From the NCBI GenBank assembly GCA_001643675.2, contig LSRY02000017.1, positions 496,001-560,000 of the forward strand: DNA of 64,000 nt. The letters are read 5' to 3'. The stretch comes from Monocercomonoides exilis PA203. Taxonomy: Eukaryota > Protista > Preaxostyla. The notes beneath the pieces were generated by a model. That model saw nothing but the letters and a program-made list of their open reading frames with translations. It made no database searches and was not told the origin of the DNA. Of this stretch, positions 33,876 through 45,082 are shown in pieces (position 1 is the first letter of the stretch; the number at the start of each line of letters is the position of its first letter). A program made the position numbers and the translations under genes.

Positions 33876-36800
33876 ATGATTTGGGGTTTTTTGATTGCAT
33901 TTCTGCTTGAAACCCAATGCAGCTCATTCTTCCGTTTTAACGGAGTATTGCCAAAAGGCTTATCGAATATTTTAAACTATTATTACTTATTTAACACAAT
34001 AATAATAATTTGATAAAAATTTATATTTTTCTTTCGTATCTTCTTTAAACTTTTAACACATCGTTCTTATAGACTACAAGCTTTTTAATAATACGGCATT
34101 TAAATGTTTTGATAATTACAAAGAGTTTGCTCCTTTTTATTTATGATTCGCATAAAGTTATTTAACATCCGAACTCATTTACCAAAACAAACATAGAATA
34201 TCAATCGATCGTATTAACGATGATTTTTGTGATTGTGCCGATTGCTCGGATGAACCTGGAACTTCGGCTTACGGTGGTAAATATGTTCGTTGTTTGAATA
34301 GAGGAATGAAGATGACTATTCTTCCTTTATCGCGCTTAAGGGATGGAATCTGCGGTTGGTTATTGTTTTCATGCAAATAAAGATAATGTCATATGTTTAT
34401 AACATGTTATTCAGATTGTTGTGATGGTTCTGATGAATACGACGAAAACAATGAATCACCATGTAAGAATACCTGCCTTTCTGAAACTTCAAATCCAATA
34501 TTTGCAAAAGATCAATATCAAACAACATATAAATCTGTATGCATCGATAATTTGTTGATATCATTGATTTTACAAGAAAATATTTTTAAATAATTAAGAA
34601 TCCAACAACCAGAGAAACAGAACTTTGGCACTCTCTTATTGATCAAAAACAATTAATCCAACAGTCTGTTGTGCTCACATCACAAATTTCAGATTATGAG
34701 ATAAAAATCTCAGAACTTGAAGGTTTGACAATATTTTCAACTTTCGTGCTCTCGAAAACATTATCAACATTCCATTTTTAACAAAAAGCTTCACATGCCT
34801 CCTGGATGAAAGAAAAAACTGAAGAATTTGAGAAAGCAAACAACGAATGGATTTTCAAAGAGGAACTGAAAGGAATGAAAGCACTTTTGGGCTATTTATT
34901 CAATAATGCATCTGCCTCAACAACTTCTGATTCTTCATCTCGCTGGCTTGTTTCAGTCGGGGAAAATGAATACCTCGAAAGCACCAAAACCACAAACGAA
35001 ACAAATAGTTCGCAAGAAGCAATAGCACAGCCTTGGATGCCCGTGCAAAGCACAGAAGAAGATAATACAGAGATAGATAGTGATATTGCCAATGATAATG
35101 AACAAATGCCATTCATTAATGAAACCTTATTTGTTTGGAATCTTATGGGGATAAGCAGAGAATTCACGGGTCTTCAAGAAGAAAGCACAGACAACAACAC
35201 ATTTCACAATAAGAGCTGGATGGATCTCTGGAATGAAGGCTGCAACGGATCTGCCCCACCTTTCACAACTCCAACCGACTTTGATGATTTATTGTGGTTG
35301 TTTGGGGAGATGAACAAAGTTAGTAAGAAGATGGAGGAATTCCACAGATGGGCAGGAAGGGAATTGCGAAATATCCGGTCAGGGAAGACACTTGACGAAT
35401 GGGGCAGAAGAAAAGTCAGAGAAGACGAAAGAGAAAGAGCAGTCTGGCTTTCGGAATGTGTCTGTGAAAAGGAAAAGGCGCTGCGTGATGCAATAAACAA
35501 AATTGTTGAGGATTGGATTAAAAAAAGAGCAGAGGCTGGAGAGACAAAAATTGAATGGAAAGATAGAGTAAATACAGAGAATAAGACAAATGAAGAGTCT
35601 TCAACTGAAGCTGATCAGAAACAGACTCCATTAAAAAGATGGGAAAGAGGGTGTGGTGGCCTTGGAGAAGGATGCGGCACATCTTTATGGCAGTGGAGAT
35701 CGGAGCGTGATCGCGAGAACAATGAAAAGCATATGCAACGTCCTTCAAAGCCAACTGATCGAGACAGTCCATTTGCGAAGGATTTGGACGATAAGAAGAA
35801 AGCGCGAGAGGCAGCTGAGTCAGAAAGACAGTTTATTCTGGGCGTTCTATCACGCGAAGCAACACAAGGATTCGGAAAGAAGGAAAGAGTCAAAGAAGGT
35901 TTTCAGCCAAAGCAGCCAGAAAAGAAGAAGCTGAATTTTGTCCCTCGGTGGCTGAAGGGATTTTGGAGCAGTGACAAAGAATCAAATGGATCAGAAGCTG
36001 CGTCAGCAGACTCATCAAGCGAGAAAAAAGAATCTGATAGTGGAGGAGAAGTGAACAGCTCAGTGGTAGATTCTGGTGCGAATGAGAATTCATCTACTAC
36101 CGCAGTTGGAAAAGAGATCGAAGACAACCCACAAAACGGGTCAATGGAAGTGGGATGTCTGCTGCACGGCTTATACAACAGCACATTGGAATACTCCTCG
36201 CCTGTTATGGATGCCACAATCGTCAACATGACGATGCTTGTGGTCCGACCGCAGAAAAGCGGAGGAGGGTCGTTTCTAACAAGCGAAGACATCCGGTGGA
36301 ATTCTTTGTCGCTGTCTGAAAAGCGGAAGGATCCTGACTGGTGGAGGAAGGACAGAGAAGTGAGAGACAGAGAGCGGAAGGAGAACGAAAGGAAGGAGTC
36401 ACTTCGCAGAGAAAGAGAGGAAATGAAGAGGAAAGGAACCGACAAGGATGAAGTTGCTAGGTATTTGTACTGGGATGAGGAACTAAATGTGTTTGTGATG
36501 CGGAATAGCGGAAGATGCTTTAATGAGAAAGAAAAGATAGCAAAACAACCACAACCCACATCACACTATAGTTGGGGACGTGAAGGATTAGACCAACCAT
36601 TGGCAGAACAGCCGCCGAGTGGAGAAAGTGAGCAGCAAATGATAGAACGTATTTCAAGGCAACTTAGAGAGGAGAAGCCTGCAGGTGTATTTATTGGTGA
36701 AGATAAGCAGACAATTGTCCATATTGTGTGCGGCCAGTCAACAAGGCTGGCGAAAGTGACTGAGGTTGCTCCATGCACATATGAAGCTATCGTTGAGAGT

Positions 36801-36926
36801 CCCTGCGGCTGTCGTTCTTCGCAAATCGCAGCACTTGAAGAAGAGCTGGATAGAATGAACTTTGAAAAGAAAATGTGGGATGAAGCTTTGAATGCTTACA
36901 AGATGCAAAAACAAGCAAATAGTTGA
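33876..36926 (+). CDS. Glucosidase II beta subunit (PRKCSH-like), multi-exon, with large insertions
   Basis: Signal peptide MIWGFLIAFLL. FKCFD...INDDFCDCADCSDEPGTSA...DGICDCCDGSDE...CKNTC. C-terminal MRH end VHIVCG...VTEVAPCTYEAIVESPCGC. Confidence 0.85.
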
Positions 36927-37836
36927 ATAATTGCGTAACATCAATTGTAATAATTACACGTCATGATTTTGTATTCTTTTGTAAGTTATTTTTACATTGT
37001 TTAATTTCTAAGTTTTGTTTAAATCGAATAACTATTGCGTTTCATGATCGTGGAATTCGTTTTTCTAAGTACTATGAACCTTCATAAGAAAGAATAAAAA
37101 CTCCACCCCGAACAACGCATGTTGCTTGAGATGGTTAAGCGAGGGAGAAAAGGATAGAAACTTGTGTCGGCAAGTGGGAGAAAAAACTGAAAAAATGACA
37201 TAACTTAGCTAAATAAAACCAACAAATCTACACGAAATTAAGATAAAACTAATCCGAAATTTGATCCAATAAATGAAAGCGTATTTAAAAAAATGCACAA
37301 ATACACCAGGACAGATGGACAGAGAGAAAAAACAAAAAATCAGCATTAACAAATGGATCATGAATTACTTAAAATCAATAAAACAAAAATGGAAAAAGAA
37401 ACAAAAGAATTTTATAATTATTTTTTATTTATCAAATAAACCGAAAACCATAAACATCAAAACGAAAAATTACAAACGAAAAAGGTAATAACAAAACTAT
37501 AAATCATTTAAATACTAATATTAAAAGAAAAAACACTTTGCAATATCACCAATATTAAATTCCGCAAATTTTGCGCACAAATATCTCCAATCGATTAATT
37601 GGCACCTTAACAATAACAGGTCCGCACACAGGAACAAACATCATCAGTGGAATTGCTTTATTCAAGCAACATTTTGTAATTGGGCCAGCTACGAAATACA
37701 CAAAGGCACTGAGCCAAAAAAAAAGCCAAATCGCTCAATCATCGTCCAAATGGATAGCTCAATCACATTTTCTATGAGAAAAAGCATAACGATTATGCTT
37801 CCAATAATATCAATAACACCCCTTTTCATCGACTGC

Positions 37837-39299
37837 TCACCCGAGGAACGAAAAAAGATACTGCTCTTCGAGATTTGCAGCCATCTCCTCATCGACAAGT
37901 TCCATCAGAGGAGAATCATCTGGCGAAGAGGCTTCAGACGCAAAGAAGTCGGAGTCCTCATCACAGCATAGCAAATCCCATTGCTCTCCTCCGACGGCGC
38001 AAGCATTTTGGGCATTGATAAAGTTCTGTTCGGCCTGCAATTGAGTTGGTGGGAATGAAGGGAAATTAGATTCTGCGCATTTAACAGGTTGGATATTTGG
38101 TTGCATTTCTGATGTCAATTGATTTCTTGACTGAGTTTTCATTCTTTTACTTAAAGTGACGTCCGAATCATCAAGTGCATTCACATGTCTTCTTCCACTC
38201 TTTCGCTTCTTCAATAACTCATCGTCTTCATTTTGATCCTTCGAGGCAACCTTTAATGAAGGTTCCAAAACAGGTGGTATTGAGAACTTTACAGTCGACA
38301 GTGGATCAATAAGCGGGTCTTTCTTAGCGTCTGTCTGCCAAAATCGGGAAACTTCATCAAAAGATGTTGGCGGCAATGATACAGGAATGTCTGTTGGTGA
38401 AGCAGGTGACGGGTTGATGATCGGCAAGGAGGCAAACTCGGGTGATGATGGGTTCGCTTCGGTTGAAGCATGAGCAGATGTTGCAGTTGAAAAAGAAATT
38501 GAAGTCAGATAGGACATTAGAGATTGAAGAGGAATAGTCTTTGTTCCAGCAGCGAGAGCCGGATTTATAATTCGTAGAAGCGACAGAAAACTGGAAATAG
38601 CTTCAATTTCTCTTCCTGTAATCGGCTGTTCTTGTTTGTTTGATCCATCTTTATCTTTCTGAATTGTTTGCTCAAATGTTTTGGTTGTATTTTCTTCTGC
38701 TTCAAAGCTGCTTTTTGCTGTAATTCTCTGAAGTAACGACATTGGAATTGGTACCCAAACCCAATCATCCTTTTGCTGTTCGATCTTTTCTGTCTTTGAA
38801 TTCAAAGAATCAGAATTTTCTTTGTTAACCTGTAATAAATCGAAATTTTGTTGAAAAGCACATGGAAATTCTTTTTGTTCAGTTTTTTGTGAGCTTCCAG
38901 GCATCTGATTCTGAAAATGGTTTGATGAGGGAAACAAATGTGTTGATCCAATTGGTTTTTGAACATGAGTAGGTTCAACTTGTGAAATAAAATGAAAACG
39001 TCCATGATAATCCGGAACGCTTTCAACCTTTCTGTAAGAAGCCATTTCACGATGAAAATCAGATCGAATATGCTTTCCTTTTGTGTCTTGACGTATTAAC
39101 TAATTTTAAAAACAAAATCACGAATGTCAAATTAACGGAAATAATAATAATTCATCATCGTAAGCCACACTTTTCGGCACACAGGACAATTCCACATTTT
39201 GACATTTTTCCCATCTTTGGAAACTACTGTAAGTTCTGACTGGAGATATGTACCATTGACTTGCAGAGATAAATTCATTGAACTAGAAACAGTGTTCAT
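37837..39299 (-). CDS. Hypothetical protein with an N-terminal matrin/U1-like C2H2 zinc finger
   Basis: Splicing across about 39102-39170 gives WNCPVCRK|LIRQDTKGKHIRSDFH, continuing into ORF 37837-39045. Basic NLS-like KKRKSGRR and an acidic C-terminus. Confidence 0.65.
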
Positions 39300-39593
39300 G
39301 TGCAACAACGCTTTTATGAGTGTATTTTGATGGAGATGAATTATTTTAAATTTAAATTGGAAAATTCGATCAATCAAGTCAAATTCAAACAACAACCATT
39401 TTTGAAATTTGTTAAAAAGCCAACTTATTAAAAATTAGCAAATTACACAAATAGTGATATGTATGTTGATATTCAATAAATTACATTAATTGTGAAGTGT
39501 TGTTAATCAACAACAAAAGTTTCCATCAATTTGAAACAAGACACGGCATGCTAAAATGAACATATTTTTTATATCAAAAAATATGTACATCTT

Positions 39594-40600
39594 TCATCCT
39601 TTTTGTCCCGTAACAAAATTAGGTCCAGTTTCAACAAAACCCCTTTCAGCAACCATTCTTCCTTCTTTCTTTGTTTTTTCAATTAGACGAGATGCAGTTT
39701 CATGATTGAATCCATTTTCAACAAGGACCTTGACAAGGACCTCATCTGGAACACCCCTAACAATGCTAAATTATTTGTAAGAAAAAACAATAATTCATAA
39801 AACAAATACTAAACTGCATATTTGCACACTTTGTGTGGATCCATTCAAGCCATTCATCAGGTATCCTTGTCATCATAGACTCATATAAATCGAGAAAAGA
39901 CACCTGTATAATTGTTCATAGTGCAAAATTTTGGGAAAACGTTTATATTTTCATAGCTTAATTGAGAAGACAAATACCTTTCCATCCCCATTCGAATCAA
40001 GAGTCATGAATTCATCAACATAATCCCGAATAGAATCATCCGGAACTCCTTCATCTTTGAGAACAGTTTCAATACCTTCTGCAGTAATGAATCCTCTCTG
40101 GTATTTTATCACATCATATTTCTTAAATTGAGCAAGTACATTCAATTCGCAAATTTCTTCATTTCTTCTCATCGCAACAAACTGGAATTAGATGTATGAG
40201 TTAATTATTTGTCATGATGTGTAATACAAATGATACCTCTTCAAAATTAACCACTCCATCCCGATCCAGATCAACTCGTTTAATAATATCTTTGATTTTT
40301 TGCTGAAAAAAATATAAATGAAAAATTTTGAAAATAAATTGAGTTGCAAACATTCGACGGATATAATCCAACAGACTTTAATGCTATTTTAATTTCATCA
40401 AAATCTATAACACCATCACTTTTCTAAGTATCAAAAAAGCAAATAAATGAAAAAACAAAAATCACAAATAAAATAAGTGTAACTTAGCTGTGTACAATAA
40501 AAATTTATGAATTTTGTTATACTATATCAAATTTTTTAAATATTTTTGCGATTGCTTCATCAGATTCCAAAATTGGCTCGTCTGTTTTGGGTGATGCCAT
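39594..40600 (-). CDS. Four-EF-hand calmodulin-like protein with a C-terminal extension, multi-exon
   Basis: Loops DIKSDGVIDFDE, DLDRDGVVNFEE, DVIKYQRGFITAE and DSNGDGKVSFLD, followed by an extra ~65-aa domain (RIPDEWLEWIH...VLVENGF). Confidence 0.8.
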
Positions 40601-40845
40601 TCAAAAAATACTTATGCATCACAGATCAAACAATTTGGATGATAAATATATTCTGAAGATGTATTTAAATATAAATATATAAATGTTATTATGCCATATA
40701 ATTATGCATGCGTTTTCTTGAGTATTAGTATAAATTAAATCGTTCAAACTGGAAATATGAAAAAGCCATAATATTTTAGAAAATTGAACATTAGCAAAAT
40801 GTTTGAAGTTAGTAGAGTTCGAGAAAATCATCATTTAGTTCTTTT

Positions 40846-42310
40846 ATGTCAATTATTTTTCTTGGGCCTAATATTCTCGTCAGCAATGTTGCATTTATGC
40901 TGATAACAATCGCTGTTCTTCATTTAATTGTTTTTGTCGCAAGTTTTCGTGTACCAATGGAAAAGCTAGTAGTTTCGCTTCCACTATGCACGTTCATATG
41001 TGGGCTTTGCGTTTTTATTTTCTCTCTTCATTTTAACTTTCGACAGGTATTCAAAGAATTTGTAAAATTGCATTTAATGATAATTTCTCCACAAATCTTT
41101 GTTACTAGATAATATCTGCAGTATTTCTTCTTGTTTGGTCCAGTAGGCTATTTGGCCATTTACTTATTAGGATGTTAACGGAGAAATATGATTCAAGGTT
41201 TGATTCAATTCGTGCAAAGGCATGGAAAAGGGCAACGTTTTACGCACTCCAGGCAATTCAATGTTTTTGTTATGCATTTCCAGCAACGTTGCTTCAATCG
41301 ATAAATCCATCAGAAATGAGTGTCTTTTCTGTATTTGATTTAATTGGTTTCGTCCGTTGTTTTTAGTTATACTTTCGAATATTTAACATTTTCATTCATA
41401 ACAGGAACAACAATTGCTTTGTTTGGGCTGCTGATGGAAACAGTTGCTGATATACAGCTTTATGCATACATTCATGAGCCAATCCATTATGCTCATTACT
41501 GCGACAAAGGAATCTATCAGTACATCCGCCATCCGAACTATCTTGGAAACATCATGCTATTGGGAGGATTATTTTTGCTATGTTGTTCATCATTAATACG
41601 CTATGAATGGCTTGTTGCATTGTGCCCTGTATTTAATATTGTTTGTCTCCTATTTGTAACAGGAATTCCACCGACTGAAAGGTTTGCTTGACTTTTCTAA
41701 TTTCAAATTTAAAATTGGCAACTCTTCAATTATTTTATTTAAACATTTCTTATAATTTTTGTTCATTTGATCGATTAATTATATTTGCAATGTTTTTTCT
41801 GTTATCAGGGCACTTCGGAGTCATTATGAGCGCGTCCCCACATTTTCCAATTACATAAAATCGACAGGTAAAATTCTTCCACCGATTTCTGCTTTTAGAA
41901 GAAATAAGCGCTCAAAGAATAAGAAATCGTCTATTCAATTGCAAAGTCAAGAAAGAGTTTCGCCTCCAACTACAAAATTCCCTGCTGAGTGCACTATTCC
42001 TCCTTTCTCCATTGACATTTCTTCTTCCTCAACATCTTCTTCTTCTTCTTCTTCTTCTTCTCCATTATCTTCGTCTCCGATAAATACTTCATCTGCATCA
42101 GCTTCTGCTTCTGCTTCTGCTTCTTCGTCTGCTTCAACTTCTTCTTTTGAATCTCTTCCTTCAAGCATGACAAACTTTCAACAAAATCATAAACATGATT
42201 CTCTATATCGCTCTCCTACATTCCCATCTTCAACTTCTAGCACAAAGCCTGAAATGTTTGATCATCTGTTTACTCCTTCTCCAGATGGTGCTGGTGGAAT
42301 TAGTAATTAG
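40846..42310 (+). CDS. DUF1295 / steroid 5-alpha-reductase-like membrane protein, multi-exon
   Basis: Hydrophobic helices, DSRFDSIR, GLLMETVADIQL, GIYQYIRHPNYLG and GIPPTE; Ser-rich tail. Confidence 0.82.
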
Positions 42311-42529
42311 CTTTTGAGATAAACAGCGATATGTAAATTATGATTGGATCATTTTGAATATCTGAATTGTGCAATTTTTCAAAATTCAATTTTTATTTAT
42401 TTTCATTCATTCATAATTGTTGTGTGTAATAATAATTATTTGATTTTTGTGTTAATTTTCGTTGTTTTAAATTCAATTTTTTTTTAAATGAAGCGGATAA
42501 AAATAACAATAAAAGCAATGCGATATGCA

Positions 42530-43078
42530 TTACATGACTGAAAGCTTATGTATTGAAACAAATTCATGATATCCGGACTCGATAACAAATCTTATCGATT
42601 GGGCTGTTCCTGGTAGAGATATCGTTTCCTGTTGCATGGCTCCTCGTTTTTCAGCAAAAACTGAAATTTCAAAAATGAAAAGGTTAGATTTGTTGAAAAG
42701 TATCACAAGACCATAGCGTTTAAAAAGTTGTTCTTTTATTTAAAATTCATACCAACATCCGTCAATAGTTGATGTTCTGACTTATCTTCAACTTCCAACT
42801 CAATTTTTAATTTTTTGACTGTTCAATAACAAATGTTGTCTTGTAAATGAACTTAAATATTAAAATGTAATCAAACTTCCACTTGAATTTATCACAATTT
42901 TCTCAAAATCGACAGGATTTGGGAATGATAAAACAAATTCTTGAGGAAAGCATCCAGTAGTCACCCAAAAAGTCCTATCATCGTTATCAATCATTGCATC
43001 AGGAGGGTACTCGGGATGAAAAGAAGTTGAAAAAGAAATATATCCTCCTTCAGATTCCAATGCATAATCTTTTGACAT
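42530..43078 (-). CDS. IFT25: Intraflagellar transport protein 25 (HSPB11), multi-exon
   Basis: MSKDYALESEGG...TSFHPEYPPDAMID...TFWVTTGCFPQEFVLSF...FVIESGYHEFVSIHKLSV. Confidence 0.9.
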
Positions 43079-43318
43079 TAATTTTTTTTATGGTTCGACA
43101 TTAAACGAATTTATGAAATAAACTCAAAATATTCTGGTACAGAAACAGTTTGCGAATGATTGGATGAAAATAATTGAAATATTTAAAAAAAATTTTTTTT
43201 TTGCAGAAATACTTCTCAGTTGTTGAAATAATTATGTATAATTATTTTATTCAAACTAATAAAAGTGTCTTTTCTTTTAAAAAAACCAGCAAAGTACTTC
43301 ATAAAATATTTTGCTGCT

Positions 43319-44932
43319 TTAACCATTTTTTTGATTCAGATGATTGTATTCGTTTTTCGTTGTGTAATATATAGTCTGCATTAATTTCCAACAGTGATGC
43401 AACAGGAAACTAAGAACAACAAAAGCAAAAAAATAAGGGAAAATAAAGTATAAGAAACAAATAATAATAAAGCACACCTTCATTCGAGGGTAGCCCATTG
43501 AAAATCGCTTGCAAAGAACTGATCCTTCCTTTTCATTAGAAACCACTTCCACAACAAACAATGGAAGATAAGGCTGCGATCCTTTCTGCTTCGGCTGGAA
43601 GGTCTTGTCAGATTCAACCAGATAGCAACTACCAGGAGACACAGATTCTGGATGTTGTACGGAAAGACGCATCGAATCAGAGTGCTTGACTGAAGAGATG
43701 GTGCGAGATCTTCGTTCATGTGATGGTTCTCTCCTGTTTTCGTCCTCAAATAACTCTTCTCCACTTATTTCATCTTCTTCTGAATCAGTTTGTTTTCCTG
43801 TCAAATTTGAATCATTACTGTTTGTAATCGTTTGCATACGATCTTTTATTATCGTTATCCACGGAAAAAGGAGAGTAATCAAGTTATGTTGTGTTTTCTG
43901 TTTTTTCATATAGTTGGAGTGATGTGCGGATGATAAGCCATTTAAATATTGAATTGCTATTGAGTTGCATGCCATCCATCCACTTTGACTGAAAACTCCT
44001 TGTCGAAAGATGTCATTGAGTTGCTCGTATCCGGTGTAAGGAGATTCAATAACGCTTCTCTCATTCATCATCGAAGTTGAAGAAGTAGATACAGATGCGG
44101 ATGTAGGAATAGAAGGAGAATTCAAACTTCTTTGTATTTCCTTTGATGGCCATGCGGCAATGTTGAGCGTTCTTTGCCATTCTTCTGCTTCTTCCTCGCT
44201 GATTAATCCCCTTTGTATCATACGATCTATTTCACCGCTCGCGCGTATTTCTCGTTTTTCTTGGGAATTTTCACAAAAATTCATCAATTTTTCGAGTTCC
44301 TTATGGAAATTCCATGTTGGAGACAATTTTGGAAAAAGCATTGGAACCAAGAATTGATAGTAAACATAAAGATCACCAAAGCAATATATAAGCGATTTTT
44401 CTTCTTCCTTTGCCAAGGAAATTAGAATAACTGTAAATAAAGACGCAAGAATAAGTTGAGTTAGTGAGTCATTTCCAAATGCAATTCCGTATATCATATT
44501 TATCAATGCAAATGTTTGAGGATGACGAATTCGAAGATAAATTCCTTCAAAAAATGTTGGATTTTCTTTAATGTTCAAAAACGATCCCCATGATGCAACA
44601 AGTGAATGAGAAAAGAAGAAGTATGCAATGATGAAGAAGAAGATTGTCAAGAAATTAAGAATCATTTCGGAAACGAAAAATGAAAGATTATCGATTTCGA
44701 AAAGTGGGGGAAATAACCACAATCCTGCTAACGACAGTATTAAAGAAATGAAAGACGTCACTCTTGCGGCACGTTTTTGTTGAGTCCAACCGTCTAATTT
44801 TTTAATAAAACGATAAGATGTTGAATATTGACAACTCCAGGCATAAAATTGATAAAATAGCGTAACCAAAACAAAGAATAACAGAAAAGGATATAATGTT
44901 GAAAGAAAGTTTTCGATAAGCAAATTCTGCAT
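43319..44932 (-). CDS. ICMT/PEMT-family membrane methyltransferase-like protein with a C-terminal extension
   Basis: Several N-terminal TM helices; GIYLRIRHPQ and EEEKSLIYCFGDLYVYYQFLVPMLFP motifs. A probable short intron lies near 43378-43478. Confidence 0.7.
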   Translation of the reverse strand: MQNLLIENFLSTLYPFLLFFVLVTLFYQFYAWSCQYSTSYRFIKKLDGWTQQKRAARVTSFISLILSLAGLWLFPPLFEIDNLSFFVSEMILNFLTIFFFIIAYFFFSHSLVASWGSFLNIKENPTFFEGIYLRIRHPQTFALINMIYGIAFGNDSLTQLILASLFTVILISLAKEEEKSLIYCFGDLYVYYQFLVPMLFPKLSPTWNFHKELEKLMNFCENSQEKREIRASGEIDRMIQRGLISEEEAEEWQRTLNIAAWPSKEIQRSLNSPSIPTSASVSTSSTSMMNERSVIESPYTGYEQLNDIFRQGVFSQSGWMACNSIAIQYLNGLSSAHHSNYMKKQKTQHNLITLLFPWITIIKDRMQTITNSNDSNLTGKQTDSEEDEISGEELFEDENRREPSHERRSRTISSVKHSDSMRLSVQHPESVSPGSCYLVESDKTFQPKQKGSQPYLPLFVVEVVSNEKEGSVLCKRFSMGYPRMKVCFIIICFLYFIFPYFFAFVVLSFLLHHCWKLMQTIYYTTKNEYNHLNQKNG

Positions 44933-45082
44933 TTACTATCAAATAAAAATAAAGATTTATGAATTCTCAATTTTATAATTACGGTTCAATATGATTTCTT
45001 TTTAATTTTTATACGTATTATTTTTCACAACAGATTATCTTCACAAAAAATATGCGATGAAAAAAGTTAACCTTTATAAATA

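Noticed and set aside
37571-37836. Box C/D snoRNA or U3-like motifs downstream of the zinc-finger gene
   Set aside because: Only isolated TGATGA-like words, with no convincing box pairing or terminal stem.
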